In this document: one piece after another, positions 39,097-49,402 of the stretch
How positions within the stretch are numbered: position 1 is the first letter of the stretch
How the letters are laid out: each line of letters opens with the position of its first letter
Virus record (IMG/VR): IMGVR_UViG_2832410175_000003
Span: 1 to 64,000 of that record
Reading direction: 5' to 3' (one strand)
DNA: 64,000 bases
Source of the DNA: a virus
Lineage: Duplodnaviria; Caudoviricetes
Program-made: the position numbers and the translations under genes
The notes under the pieces: generated by a model
Databases searched by the model: none
What the model was told of the DNA's origin: nothing
The model's input: only the letters and a program-made list of their open reading frames with translations

Positions 39097-39762
39097 TTAC
39101 TCAGCGTCGGTCTTTGCAGCCGGAGCAGCCTTCTTGCGAGTGGTCTGCTTCTTCGGTGCGGGCGCAGTCGCAGTCTGCGATGCAGTCTGCATGGCCGCCA
39201 GCTGTGCCTGAAGTGCAGCCATCTGCTCCATCATTACCGAGATACGCGGGTCTTCGTCCTGCATTGCGCGTTCTTTGGTCTTGCCGAGGTTGACCTTGGT
39301 GTTGCGAACGCCGTGGTTAATCTCATCATAGCGCTGGTCGATCAGGTCGATCATGCGCTTGGAGATATCCAGATTGTCGTCGTTTGCCAGAGCGACCATG
39401 TGACCGCGAACACGATGAATCTCAGCAACAGTAGTCAGCTTGAGGAACTTCTCAGCCGCGTCCATATCGTTTTCACGAATAATGCGGTCGATTTCCTCAT
39501 CGAACAGAACGGTATCACGCCAGTTGTCGAGATACAGCGCACGATAAACATCCTCGCGCTCTGCCTCGCTGAACTGTACCGTGCCGTTGCGGAACACAGG
39601 CGAACGAGAGTTGATGTACTCTACATCCGAGAACGGCATCGTTACAACGGTCGGAACACCGCGCGTGCCATCAAGGTAATATGCACGGAACTGACCGGGC
39701 AGGTTGATTGGGCTGACGCTGTGGTTATATACCTTTACTGGGGTATCTGCTTTATAAGTCAA
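39097..39762 (-). CDS. Conserved hypothetical protein
   Basis: TTG start with SD AAGGAG; 221 aa. Confidence 0.65.
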   Translation of the reverse strand: MTYKADTPVKVYNHSVSPINLPGQFRAYYLDGTRGVPTVVTMPFSDVEYINSRSPVFRNGTVQFSEAEREDVYRALYLDNWRDTVLFDEEIDRIIRENDMDAAEKFLKLTTVAEIHRVRGHMVALANDDNLDISKRMIDLIDQRYDEINHGVRNTKVNLGKTKERAMQDEDPRISVMMEQMAALQAQLAAMQTASQTATAPAPKKQTTRKKAAPAAKTDAE

Positions 39763-39825
39763 GATATTGTCTCCTTGAAAATTTATTTTTTGGGCGGGCT
39801 GTTGCCCGCCCTACGCGAGGGCAGA

Positions 39826-40824
39826 TTACTGATTGTAAACTACCTTTGCAGCCTTGGAAATGTCGGTAACAACAGTACCGAAAGAGTAACCGCCGACCTT
39901 AATGTGGATCTGCTCGTTGTTGATGTCAGTCTCCTGATAGGTGCGGGTCTCGCCGCGGGTGATGACCTTACCAATCTTGCCAGCAGCTGCGAACAGACGC
40001 TTGTCAGGAATGATGAGATTGCCGTTAGCCAGCTTCTTAACACCAGACAGACCGAACAGACGGCAGCCAGCATACATATCCAGCTTGCCAACCTTGTTGT
40101 ACTGGTTCTTTACAGCATCAGAGAAGCCGTACTGAGCGGACTGCAGACCAGTCATGCCAACGATGTACTTGTTCTGGCCGAAAATAGCCGGGGTCTCGCC
40201 GTTGGTTACGTCCATCAGATAGGTAGCCAGCTTGCGGCAGATTTCCTCAGTCGGGGTAGCGCCGGTCTCGGTGAATACGTTCTCGCCGCCAGCCAGAGCC
40301 TTGTCGAGGATTTCCAGAATGCGGGTAACGCGAGCCAGCTCGAAAGCCTCGTTGATGTTGGTGATCATGTTTGCAACAGACTTGTAGCCGCCGCGACGGA
40401 TGTCCTCCAACTTCAGAGAGGTCTCAGCCTGCAGAAGGCAGTAGGTCGGCTTCAGAACCTTGTGGTCAATGAAAGAACGCGGTACGTTGCCGCCGGTGAT
40501 TGCGTCATATACCTCGATGGTGTTCTTCGGGTCAACGGTTACACGGTAATCGTCAAACTCACCGATGGAATCGGTGTCGAACAGCATATCGATCAGCTCA
40601 GACGGAGCAGAAACGGTCTCCGGAGTGAAGGTCTTGGTAATCAGAGCGGACAGCTCGTGATCCTTGTCATAGCCGGTCTTGCCCAGCTCCTTTACCCAAG
40701 CGTCGGTAACTGCGGAGATTTCCTTGTCCTCAGCAGACAGCTCAGCCGGGGAATACTTTACAGCATTAGCCCAGTCCAGAACACGGCCAGACTGATCCAT
40801 AATTGCACTGATTTCAGTGTTCAT
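39826..40824 (-). CDS. Major capsid protein
   Basis: 332 aa; strongly biased codons; follows scaffold and decoration genes; hairpin downstream. Confidence 0.75.
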   Translation of the reverse strand: MNTEISAIMDQSGRVLDWANAVKYSPAELSAEDKEISAVTDAWVKELGKTGYDKDHELSALITKTFTPETVSAPSELIDMLFDTDSIGEFDDYRVTVDPKNTIEVYDAITGGNVPRSFIDHKVLKPTYCLLQAETSLKLEDIRRGGYKSVANMITNINEAFELARVTRILEILDKALAGGENVFTETGATPTEEICRKLATYLMDVTNGETPAIFGQNKYIVGMTGLQSAQYGFSDAVKNQYNKVGKLDMYAGCRLFGLSGVKKLANGNLIIPDKRLFAAAGKIGKVITRGETRTYQETDINNEQIHIKVGGYSFGTVVTDISKAAKVVYNQ

Positions 40825-40896
40825 GTGTATCTTCCTTTCTTTGAAAAATAGAAAAGAGGAGTACAAGACTCCTCAAATGTAGTTGGTTTACAGGGT

Positions 40897-41343
40897 TTAC
40901 GCTACGGTAGAAACCTCTACGCGCACGATCTTGCCCATCTTGATACCGGTCGGATCAGAGTAGATGCCGCGGTACTCGTAAGCGTACTGACCAGCAGTTG
41001 CCTTTACGAACTTGCCGTCCTTAGCCTGCAGCTTGTCGCCAGCCTGCAGGGTCTCGGTGTCCAGCTCGGAAGTAGCATACATCTCGCCCGGCAGGGTCTG
41101 GATAACGCGAACGTGCTCGCCAGCTGCAGCCTTCTCGAACTCGCCGTCGGTCGGCTCAACGATAGAGTAGATGCCCTCGTACTTTGCGTTTACGTCGCAC
41201 AGCTTGGTGCCAAGACCTTCTGCGGTTGCCTTTACGGTCTGGTCCTCAGAGTCAACGTCTACCGGCGCGCCCTTCTTAACAACTGCGGAAGTCAGAAGCA
41301 GCTCAACGGGCTTGCCCTGTACAGTTTCAAGCTCTCGAATCAT
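40897..41343 (-). CDS. Capsid decoration/cement protein
   Basis: 148 aa between scaffold and capsid genes. Confidence 0.55.
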   Translation of the reverse strand: MIRELETVQGKPVELLLTSAVVKKGAPVDVDSEDQTVKATAEGLGTKLCDVNAKYEGIYSIVEPTDGEFEKAAAGEHVRVIQTLPGEMYATSELDTETLQAGDKLQAKDGKFVKATAGQYAYEYRGIYSDPTGIKMGKIVRVEVSTVA

Positions 41344-41368
41344 GTCAATTTCTCCTTTTCTTTTGATT

Positions 41369-42901
41369 TTAGTGGCGCAGGAACGCACGCATCAGAGATA
41401 CGCCGTCTGCGGACGGTTCATTGACCGTCAGGTTGGAAGTATTGGACAGCTGAACCTGCGGTGCAGATACAGTTGCCTGAATCTGCTGCGCCTGTGCGGA
41501 AACCACACGGTCAGCAATCATCATCTTCAGCGCGGACTCATCCAGTTCGCTGAAAATCTTCGTCATTTCCTCGCTCTGCAGCTCTTCTTCGGTGAACTGC
41601 TTGGAATTCTCTGCATAAGCGCGGAGCTTTGCCTCAGCCGCATCGTGTTCTGCCTTCTGAGCAGCTTCACGGTACGGAGTCAGCGTCTCAACCTCAGCCG
41701 TCAGGTCATTCACCTTCTGGTTGAGAGAAGCAATCGTATCCGTCAGTTCAGCGACCTTGCTGTTGATTTCTGACACGGAAACAGACAGCTTTACGTCAAC
41801 CGGGTCAGATACGGTAACGGTATCGTCGTCGTTTACAACGTAAGATACCTGCATATAGGACAGTTCGTCGCTGCCTTCTACGCGCAGAAGTGCCTTGTGC
41901 TCCTCCGGGAACAGATAAGCCACCCAGTACCAGCCGTCAATCAGGTCTCGTGCACCCTGATCTACCTTTCGCTGGATATCCCAGTCAGTCAGGGAAGCAA
42001 CTACCGGCTCGCCCTGCGGCTCTTCCGGCTGCGGTTCTGCAGGCTCTTCTGGCTGTGGCTCAGAAGCGGTTTCCGGTTCTGCGGGCTGCGGTTCTGCAGG
42101 CTCAGTCTGTGCCGGCTCAACGGCCGGCTCAACAGGAGCTGCCTGTGCAGGCTCAACAGCAGGCTCGGTTGCCTGCGGGTCAACCTGAGGGTCAACCTGC
42201 GGCTCAACCTGTGCAGAAGTCTTATTCTTCTTCAAAGTTTCGTCCTCCTTACTCGATTTTTGGTCGATCAGGTCGCGGCTCAACGCTTCAGCAACCATCA
42301 GCTCATCGGTCTGTGACAAAGAAACAACCTTCGCGTCCTTGCCATAAGCAGGGTCGGCAAATTCATAGCCGAGGAAGGTATTGCCCTCAAATTCATAGCC
42401 GGTGATGGTCTTTACGCCATCTGCAAAGCTGTATTCATAGCTGGCAATCTCCCACGAATTGTGGAGTTTACCCTCGGCAAATAGCCGTTTTATAGCCGCT
42501 ACAGCGTTTTTATTGCGCTTCCAGATCTTTTGAGTTGCAAAAAGGCAGGGGAGTGTCTCCAGCTTCCCGTTTACGTCCACCGTGTCATCTTTAATTTCAA
42601 CAGCTGTGTGAACACCAATCGGAGTCGTGTCGAAGAACAGCTCTCCATCTGCATCCAGTGCAACTTCGTGACTGCCGAATGTCGGCTCGCCGTCTGCGTT
42701 CGTGCGGCATTTTGCATATACCGGCATGTCAATCAGCGACTGAGCGCACTCTTCAGCAGTATCGGAGGGAAGCAGAACCGAGTTCAGATTTGGCTCATCG
42801 TAGTAGCAGATACGGTTGACAAGCGTAAGAAACTGAGAATTCTCTTCGTCCTCGCTCAGTTCAATCGTGCTACTGGTCAGAAATGTCTTTTCTTTATTCA
42901 T
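41369..42901 (-). CDS. Prohead protease/scaffold
   Basis: SWEI...GNTFLG...PAY protease motif; Pro/Glu/Gln linker; coiled-coil C-terminus. Confidence 0.7.
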   Translation of the reverse strand: MNKEKTFLTSSTIELSEDEENSQFLTLVNRICYYDEPNLNSVLLPSDTAEECAQSLIDMPVYAKCRTNADGEPTFGSHEVALDADGELFFDTTPIGVHTAVEIKDDTVDVNGKLETLPCLFATQKIWKRNKNAVAAIKRLFAEGKLHNSWEIASYEYSFADGVKTITGYEFEGNTFLGYEFADPAYGKDAKVVSLSQTDELMVAEALSRDLIDQKSSKEDETLKKNKTSAQVEPQVDPQVDPQATEPAVEPAQAAPVEPAVEPAQTEPAEPQPAEPETASEPQPEEPAEPQPEEPQGEPVVASLTDWDIQRKVDQGARDLIDGWYWVAYLFPEEHKALLRVEGSDELSYMQVSYVVNDDDTVTVSDPVDVKLSVSVSEINSKVAELTDTIASLNQKVNDLTAEVETLTPYREAAQKAEHDAAEAKLRAYAENSKQFTEEELQSEEMTKIFSELDESALKMMIADRVVSAQAQQIQATVSAPQVQLSNTSNLTVNEPSADGVSLMRAFLRH

Positions 42902-43082
42902 CGGTCTCGTTCACCTCCTTCGTCACGCCAAACTCCAGGCCGCGCTCTTTCAGCTTTTGTGCGATCAGTTCAGCGTTTTCTTCTTCAAAAAAGGCATCTG
43001 CTGGTTTGCAGATGCCTGATTTGCATAATAGAAAGTAGTCCCGCTTGCAATGCGGGCAAACCAGTTTCAGCTTTATTCCCAT
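42894..43082 (-). CDS. Small Cys-containing protein
   Basis: CPHC motif; tightly packed in the operon. Confidence 0.5.
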   Translation of the reverse strand: MGIKLKLVCPHCKRDYFLLCKSGICKPADAFFEEENAELIAQKLKERGLEFGVTKEVNETDE

Positions 43083-43085
43083 GGC

Positions 43086-44681
43086 TTACTCCCGTGTGTC
43101 GTTGTAGGTTTCGTCGTATCCCTGTTTGTCCGGGTCATTGGAATCAGCCGGTCGGCCGGGTTCGCTCTCGCCGTCAGCGCTGCCATCAGAATTATACGAG
43201 GTAGCATACGGCAGGAAGATATCGCTAAGCCCATCAGCCTCTTCCTTTTCGCGCTTAACCCGTTCATCCTCAAGGTCGATGCCGACCATGCCGAGGGCAG
43301 TCTCACGGCTGACGGCAAACGTGCTGTACAGCAGCTTACTAAGCTCCATACGCATATCCATGTCGAGCAGCTCAGAGTCGATAATCTTTACACTCGGGAT
43401 ATACTCGGCACCAATGCCGTTGAGCGACAGAACCTGACGGTAGAAATGCTCCAACATACGCTCTACCTGCTCAGAGATAGAGTTGATGCACTTGAGCAGC
43501 TGTGACAGGTTGATGTTAGCCGTAGAAGCCGTCTGGGACTTATCTGCCGCCAGAAAGGCAACACCCAGAGACGAAAGAACTTTGTTGCGGTACAGGTTTA
43601 CCGTTTCCGCGGAGGTTTCGTTTACCTCCGGCTCAACATACTTGATTTCCTTAACGGATGGACCAGTGGTAACAACAACCGTGCTGGCTTTCCACGCCTG
43701 CATCAGGTTGTCATGGTTATATGCCTGCTCTTCAAAACAACGGCGGTCAGCACTGGGGCCAAGACATTTCTCATTCATCACCTGATGGATGATTTTCTTA
43801 GCCTTGCTTTTCGCCGTGGTCTCATCTGCGTTGCGGTAAGTCTCCAGCATCAAAACGGAAGACATTGCACGGAAGATAGGGGAAACACCATATTTCTTGC
43901 CAAAATTGTTGACGCGAACCATGTAAGTGTAGTTGTTGTCAAGAATAGCATAGGTCTCCTTAGCCTTCATCGCTTCACCGACCTCTTTCGGGAAGGTTGC
44001 TTCAACCTCTTCCTGCGTGTCGTTGAAGAACAGAGGCTTGCGCTGCTTGTTCTTGAGCATGGTCTTCTGCAGTGCAGACTTCAGGTTTTCGATGCCCACC
44101 AGAAGAACCGGATTGCCATTGCTCTCATAGCCGGAGTTCTCGATGATGTCCAACGGGAGCCAATCAATCTGCCAGTTCTCCGTGTTATTGCGAAGCACAG
44201 CCGCGAAGTTGCCCTCGATATATGCCGTGATGATCGCTTCTCGGATAAACTGCTCAACGCGCACCTGAGAGTTGAAATCATTCAGGATAGCCTGTGCCTT
44301 TTCCAGCGTTTTGGTCTTGTTGCGGGCACCGTTGAAATTACGGTACGACAGCCGGATATCCGTGTTGATATTGTTCTGGATGGACTGCACGACCATGCCG
44401 ACAATGTCATCAATGTTGATGTACTTGCGGATAATAGCATTGATGCTCTGGACGCTGGACAGATTGGACTGTGCTCCTTCACCCAGAGAGGAGATCGTGC
44501 TGGTAGTCAGCGTACTTGCTGAAGCGCCATCGTTGAGATATGCGCTGTACATGCGATTTTGCGGGTCATATGTCGCAACAGCGTGCTTGTATCGCTCCGC
44601 AGTTTCGCGGTCGGCAAATGAGGTGACGATAGTTGCACCATCTTCCGCCTCATCAATCAGCGGCTTTGGATTTTCAGCCAT
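43086..44681 (-). CDS. Portal protein
   Basis: 531 aa after terL; YGVSPI motif; acidic GRP tail. Confidence 0.75.
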   Translation of the reverse strand: MAENPKPLIDEAEDGATIVTSFADRETAERYKHAVATYDPQNRMYSAYLNDGASASTLTTSTISSLGEGAQSNLSSVQSINAIIRKYINIDDIVGMVVQSIQNNINTDIRLSYRNFNGARNKTKTLEKAQAILNDFNSQVRVEQFIREAIITAYIEGNFAAVLRNNTENWQIDWLPLDIIENSGYESNGNPVLLVGIENLKSALQKTMLKNKQRKPLFFNDTQEEVEATFPKEVGEAMKAKETYAILDNNYTYMVRVNNFGKKYGVSPIFRAMSSVLMLETYRNADETTAKSKAKKIIHQVMNEKCLGPSADRRCFEEQAYNHDNLMQAWKASTVVVTTGPSVKEIKYVEPEVNETSAETVNLYRNKVLSSLGVAFLAADKSQTASTANINLSQLLKCINSISEQVERMLEHFYRQVLSLNGIGAEYIPSVKIIDSELLDMDMRMELSKLLYSTFAVSRETALGMVGIDLEDERVKREKEEADGLSDIFLPYATSYNSDGSADGESEPGRPADSNDPDKQGYDETYNDTRE

Positions 44682-44696
44682 GATGTCACCTCCAAG

Positions 44697-46409
44697 TTAA
44701 AATTCCACGGTCGAAACGCACCGTGGCGCGTATTTGAATTCATCCGTTGACCGTCGGCGCAGGTCGCGCTCTAGTTCGGATGCGATGTAGTTGGCATAAG
44801 CCAGACTCGAGTAACGGTCTTTACGCATACCGGATACTTCGTACACCCTGATGTTCTGACCAGCCATCTCGTATTCGAGGTTGATCGTCTCGTTTACAAA
44901 GGCGGTAGTCTGGTAGTACGGATGCTGGTATGCAACCTGCTCCTCGACGGACAGCTTGCGGTAAGCCTTGCTCTTTTCGAGCAGCTCAACGCCATCAATT
45001 TCGTTGATGAGCAGACGTAGTTTGCCTCGCTTGATGCAGTCTCGAAGGGAAACTGCCATCTCAGAGTTCTTACTAGCACTCGCTTTAATGGAGTACACAA
45101 CACGCGGCGCATTCGGATTACGGCTGCGGGCAGCCATATTCTCATCGTTAATGCACGACCACGCTTTGTATTCCACTCCTCGGGTCTCGTCATAAAGGTC
45201 TTGAACAAGCTGGTCGAAAATTGAGATGCCTACACCATTGGTATCAACTACGACATAATCCACATCCAAATCGTCATAAAGCTGACGGATGCGGATTGCT
45301 TGATCTTGACCATGACCACCATCAATGGTCTCCATGTAACACTCATTACGGATATACTGTCCGGAGTTGTTAGGCAGGAGCTGCAACAGGGTGATCGCTG
45401 TTGCGTCGTTCTTCGCGCCGCCGGAGGTTGCGATATCGCAGCTCAGCAGGCGAATTTCCCCCGGTTCCTTGCTTGGGTACTTCAGCTTGGGATCGCCAAG
45501 TGCCGCATACATAGGCCGCGGATAGATTGGGCGCGTGATGCGCCGTACAGAGTTCAGGTCTGTAAAAGAGAAGAATGCACGTTCAGATTCGCCATAGAAT
45601 TCTGAGCACATTTCCATGCTCCATGAGATTTCGTTGAAATCATCTTCCTGCATCTCTTCTCGAATCTGTTCCATCGGATAATATCCTGCAGAAACAGGCA
45701 ACTGATAAGGGAAACCGCACACGATATACGGCTCGCTCTTGATCATCGACTTAAAATAAGCCTTAAATTTCGCCCAGCTGTAATGCCATTTGAAGTATGC
45801 CGAGCTGATATAGGTCTCCGTGTTACGTTCCTTTGGATAGTTCTTGTATTTCGGGAAACTGTAAAAGCCCGGGGTACGCTCGCCAGCTTTGAACTTTCTG
45901 AGCACCTTATCAATAATATCCTTCGGAATCTGCACGAATTCGTCCGCAATCATCCAGTTTGTACGCGCAGAACGTGAAGAATCACGTGCTGTTACAACTT
46001 TGACCACGGAGCCATTTTTGAATTTGATATACGCCTCGCTAGGCGTCACCTTGTAATCTTCAATCTCGTTCGTTAGATTGGGCGAGTCAGGCATGAACTT
46101 TTCGACTATCTTGTTCAATAGGTTCGTTGACTGACTTCGGACGCCGGCTGCGACAGTGACTTCCAGACCGGGATACAAAATGCATCGAACACAAATAGCC
46201 GCCGCCACGATCATGGACTTACCCATGCCGCGAGAAGCGATAATCATCACATAGGTGTTCAGACAGATTAAGTCCAGTAGAATGCACTGGAACATCGCCA
46301 GCCATTTCATGCCGAGATAATCCTGAGCAAAACGATGTGGATTAGCTCGATAGAAACTAACCCACTTGCACATACCTCGTTCAATTTTTTCAGCTTTGGT
46401 GGCATCCAT
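44697..46409 (-). CDS. terL: Terminase large subunit
   Basis: ASRGMGKS Walker A; IADE; ISSA; nuclease DIA...ND, VDTNGVG, KDRYSSLAY. Confidence 0.9.
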   Translation of the reverse strand: MDATKAEKIERGMCKWVSFYRANPHRFAQDYLGMKWLAMFQCILLDLICLNTYVMIIASRGMGKSMIVAAAICVRCILYPGLEVTVAAGVRSQSTNLLNKIVEKFMPDSPNLTNEIEDYKVTPSEAYIKFKNGSVVKVVTARDSSRSARTNWMIADEFVQIPKDIIDKVLRKFKAGERTPGFYSFPKYKNYPKERNTETYISSAYFKWHYSWAKFKAYFKSMIKSEPYIVCGFPYQLPVSAGYYPMEQIREEMQEDDFNEISWSMEMCSEFYGESERAFFSFTDLNSVRRITRPIYPRPMYAALGDPKLKYPSKEPGEIRLLSCDIATSGGAKNDATAITLLQLLPNNSGQYIRNECYMETIDGGHGQDQAIRIRQLYDDLDVDYVVVDTNGVGISIFDQLVQDLYDETRGVEYKAWSCINDENMAARSRNPNAPRVVYSIKASASKNSEMAVSLRDCIKRGKLRLLINEIDGVELLEKSKAYRKLSVEEQVAYQHPYYQTTAFVNETINLEYEMAGQNIRVYEVSGMRKDRYSSLAYANYIASELERDLRRRSTDEFKYAPRCVSTVEF

Positions 46410-47476
46410 CAGGCATCACCGCCGTTCTCTTCTCCGGCTTCCTTTTCTGCCAGAAGGTCAACACCCTCCATAGCGCGATTCATAATGGCGTCAAAGACGT
46501 CCTCATCATCGAGATCCTCCAAATCAGGGTCATCGACGCGATATTTGTTCATTTCGTCCTCGTACATCTTGGCGTGTCGGTTCTTAATGCCAAGCATATG
46601 GCACAAATGGCCGAGGAAGTAAATGCTGATGAGACGGATGATACCGTCCACATCCTTCCACTCTGGAAGCGGTTCCGGAATCGGGTCGTGATCCTCGAAT
46701 CGTTTAATCATCTTTCCGAGCGGGATTTCCGACTCTCGATCCTTTGCTTCAACGATTTTCGGCGTCAGAGCAGCACGGTCGAGTGTCTTCTGATAGGTGT
46801 CGGTCAATTTCTGATAGACGTCCACCTTGCCGTCCAACAGCATCTTGTTCTGCTGCAGCTTGATGATACAGAGCTCGCGAACCAGAGATTGCTGTGATTT
46901 GCCTTTAACGACACACTTCGCCAGCCAGTCCTCATACTCATTCTGCAAGAATTCATACTCGGTGGCGGTAAAGTTAAGCCCCCACTCATTCATCAGTTCC
47001 TTGGTTACTTGGAAATCTGTCTGCTGAGTAGGGGTTTCGGTATCTTCATAGGTCTGCAAAGCCAAGTCCTGTTCCTCACGAATCGTCGAATCGTAAGTCT
47101 TGCTGTCATAAGCGTTAAGGTTCAGTTTTGCGATATAAGCCGACATACGGCTCTTATGTGCTCCCATCTCTTTGGATGCTTCAACCAGAGTAGGGGAGTA
47201 GTATAGATCAAACTTCATGCAGATACGCCGAATCGCCGTGTCTGCATCGAACATTTCCTGATAGCGGTCGAACAGCGCATCAATACAGCCGCGGCAGACA
47301 GGAAGTCGGCCGCTGTTGTTGCGATACAGCATTGTGTTCGGTGCATTGTAAAAATCAGTCGCGCGGGAATATTCCGTCCCGCAGCAGACGCATCGCTTAA
47401 TCTGGTGCGGCTTTACTGCGGGTGTGAGCTTGTCTTCTTTTTTAGGGATGGTGGGAATCTTAGGCACTAATGCCAT
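46409..47476 (-). CDS. Putative terminase small subunit (Zn-binding)
   Basis: CxxCG...CxxC; immediately upstream of terL. Confidence 0.55.
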   Translation of the reverse strand: MALVPKIPTIPKKEDKLTPAVKPHQIKRCVCCGTEYSRATDFYNAPNTMLYRNNSGRLPVCRGCIDALFDRYQEMFDADTAIRRICMKFDLYYSPTLVEASKEMGAHKSRMSAYIAKLNLNAYDSKTYDSTIREEQDLALQTYEDTETPTQQTDFQVTKELMNEWGLNFTATEYEFLQNEYEDWLAKCVVKGKSQQSLVRELCIIKLQQNKMLLDGKVDVYQKLTDTYQKTLDRAALTPKIVEAKDRESEIPLGKMIKRFEDHDPIPEPLPEWKDVDGIIRLISIYFLGHLCHMLGIKNRHAKMYEDEMNKYRVDDPDLEDLDDEDVFDAIMNRAMEGVDLLAEKEAGEENGGDA

Positions 47477-47835
47477 TAACCCTCACCACCTTCCGCCTCC
47501 TGCATCGTAGCGTAGAACTGGTCGGAGGCTTCGTTCAGCTTCGGGAAAGCAGTGAATCGTACCGTGTGCTTAGTCGGTACAATGCGCTTCTTGCCATCAG
47601 AACCCGGGAAGTTGTCTACCATCTGGTAGGATTTACGCTCGTGGTTTTCAAACTTGCCGAAATCCGGCAGCGAGAGCACCTCGCATTCCTTGAGAAGCTG
47701 CTTAATGCTATCCAGCACGCTGTTTACAACCTTCTTGCTGTCTTCGTAAGCCATCTCATACAGTTCGGAGTGCTTCGAATACAGCGCAGCGTAATACAGC
47801 GTGTTCTTATCTTCTTTCTTCTTGGCTCTTGCCAT
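47476..47835 (-). CDS. HU/IHF-family DNA-binding protein
   Basis: LPDFGKFE...RK...P...VRF. Confidence 0.75.
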   Translation of the reverse strand: MARAKKKEDKNTLYYAALYSKHSELYEMAYEDSKKVVNSVLDSIKQLLKECEVLSLPDFGKFENHERKSYQMVDNFPGSDGKKRIVPTKHTVRFTAFPKLNEASDQFYATMQEAEGGEG

Positions 47836-47838
47836 GCT

Positions 47839-49044
47839 TTAATTTTCCTCCAGTTTGAGATAATACACGGCATCGCGGCCATAGTCCTGCTCGAAAGTCA
47901 TCAGGAGCTGGCTCGGCTTAGCATAAAGTCGCTTGCCATGTGCATGATTATCCGAACCGCAAAGAGCCGGCGCGATCATGCTGTCCACACCGAATCGGTC
48001 AAGCGATTCTGCATGGTGCTTGTCACCCATGATGGCAATATCCACCGGAGTGCCAAGGTCGCGCGACAGCAGCATATTCGCCGTCACGCCAAAGTCTCGA
48101 ACAGTGTCCAGATCGCCGTGTGTAGAAACAACGGTCTTGCCGCCGATGAAGTCTGTGATGAACTCCTCGCACATCGGGCAGACGTTGATGGTATCGTCAT
48201 CCTTGAGTCGTGTTGCCAGCCACCAAGGTATGATTTTCTCCATGTTATCGGCGTGGATGCTTTCTTTTTTGTTCTGGACGGTTCGCATATGATTGCCGTA
48301 AGTAGAAAACACATCTACACGGTCTACAGCCGCAGAGATCTCATGAATTGCCTCGGCAAGAATTTCTGAGACGCGCATCAGCTGGTCACAGGTGTTCTCG
48401 ACTGATTCCAGTCGCACCGTAGGATGAATTGCTCCATGAGCAAAATCGCCCAGCAGATGAATGTGCAGGTCGGTGACCTGATGCATCAGCAGACGCTCTA
48501 CCGTCTCATCAACCAGGCGGCGGACACGCTGAGCGCATACCTCTGGGTTATAGCTATTGAACGGGTTGTCGCATACCATGCCATAGTGCCAGTCGGTCAG
48601 GACAAGCAGGGCTTCCGTTCCGAGGCGATGGACTTCTCCCGCTCGAGACAGCGGAACCAGTGGTTTGCTCATATTGAGCTGCTCAGCTGAGCGGATAATA
48701 CACTCGTGCAGGCTTTCTTCGCGTGCCTTTGCGTTGACTACGCGGGTCAGTGCCTGACGCTGGTCGTAGAACTTGCGCTGTTCCTTGCGGAGCTCAAGCT
48801 CGCGCTGTTCAATCTCGTGAAGCTGAACACTGTTATCGGTCAGCTTATCGCGGTTGGCTTCAAAGAGTTTGCAGAATGCCGCATAGTCCTTGCGGTACTT
48901 GCTCTCGGTGTACTGGTAGCCAAGCTGATAGTTCAACAGGTCAGCGACGTCCTGCCAAGAACCAATCTGCTCTTTGATGTTACCGATACGATAAATGTAG
49001 GCGTACTCGCTCTCATCTTCTTTTCTGAGCCAGTCAGTCTTCAC
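47839..49044 (-). CDS. Metallophosphoesterase
   Basis: DWHYG, LGDFAHG, GNH, HGD, GDKHH motifs. Confidence 0.8.
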   Translation of the reverse strand: MKTDWLRKEDESEYAYIYRIGNIKEQIGSWQDVADLLNYQLGYQYTESKYRKDYAAFCKLFEANRDKLTDNSVQLHEIEQRELELRKEQRKFYDQRQALTRVVNAKAREESLHECIIRSAEQLNMSKPLVPLSRAGEVHRLGTEALLVLTDWHYGMVCDNPFNSYNPEVCAQRVRRLVDETVERLLMHQVTDLHIHLLGDFAHGAIHPTVRLESVENTCDQLMRVSEILAEAIHEISAAVDRVDVFSTYGNHMRTVQNKKESIHADNMEKIIPWWLATRLKDDDTINVCPMCEEFITDFIGGKTVVSTHGDLDTVRDFGVTANMLLSRDLGTPVDIAIMGDKHHAESLDRFGVDSMIAPALCGSDNHAHGKRLYAKPSQLLMTFEQDYGRDAVYYLKLEEN

Positions 49045-49253
49045 GCATTAGCCTCCTCGGCAAGGGCAGCCAGTCGTGCGCGGCGACGGTCGATAACGTC
49101 AAGCAGTGCAGCGGCGTCCTTGTTATGTGGAATAACGCGGAGGTACTTCTCTTCTTCGCACAGCCAATACTTGCCGGTGGCGGTACGCGGAACACGAAGC
49201 TCGGGATAAAGTTTGTAGATAGTGGCTCTCTCAGCCTTGGAAATTCGGATCAA
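49041..49253 (-). CDS. Small hypothetical protein
   Basis: TTG start (MIRISKAE) after SD AAGGAG. Confidence 0.6.
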   Translation of the reverse strand: MIRISKAERATIYKLYPELRVPRTATGKYWLCEEEKYLRVIPHNKDAAALLDVIDRRRARLAALAEEANA

Positions 49254-49327
49254 ATCGTTATGTCTCCTTAATTTTTGATAGGTTAGAACGACGAAAAATC
49301 GCTTTCTATACCACTTTGGAGAAAAAT

Positions 49328-49374
49328 AAAAAATGGGGCGATTCCCGAAATTTCGGAATATCGCCCCATTTTTA
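49328..49374. terminator. Long hairpin between the RNAP gene and the late operon
   Basis: AAAAATGGGGCGAT...ATCGCCCCATTTTT with an inner CCGAAATTTCGG palindrome. Confidence 0.6.
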
Positions 49375-49402
49375 TGTGTCATACTTCTCTCGATTTTTTA
49401 TG

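Noticed and set aside
38854-40851. 665-aa plus-strand ORF (also 11451..12980, 35333..36307, 50741..51931 and minus-strand 56864..57964)
   Set aside because: Antisense shadows of codon-biased genuine genes; no SD or recognisable motifs.
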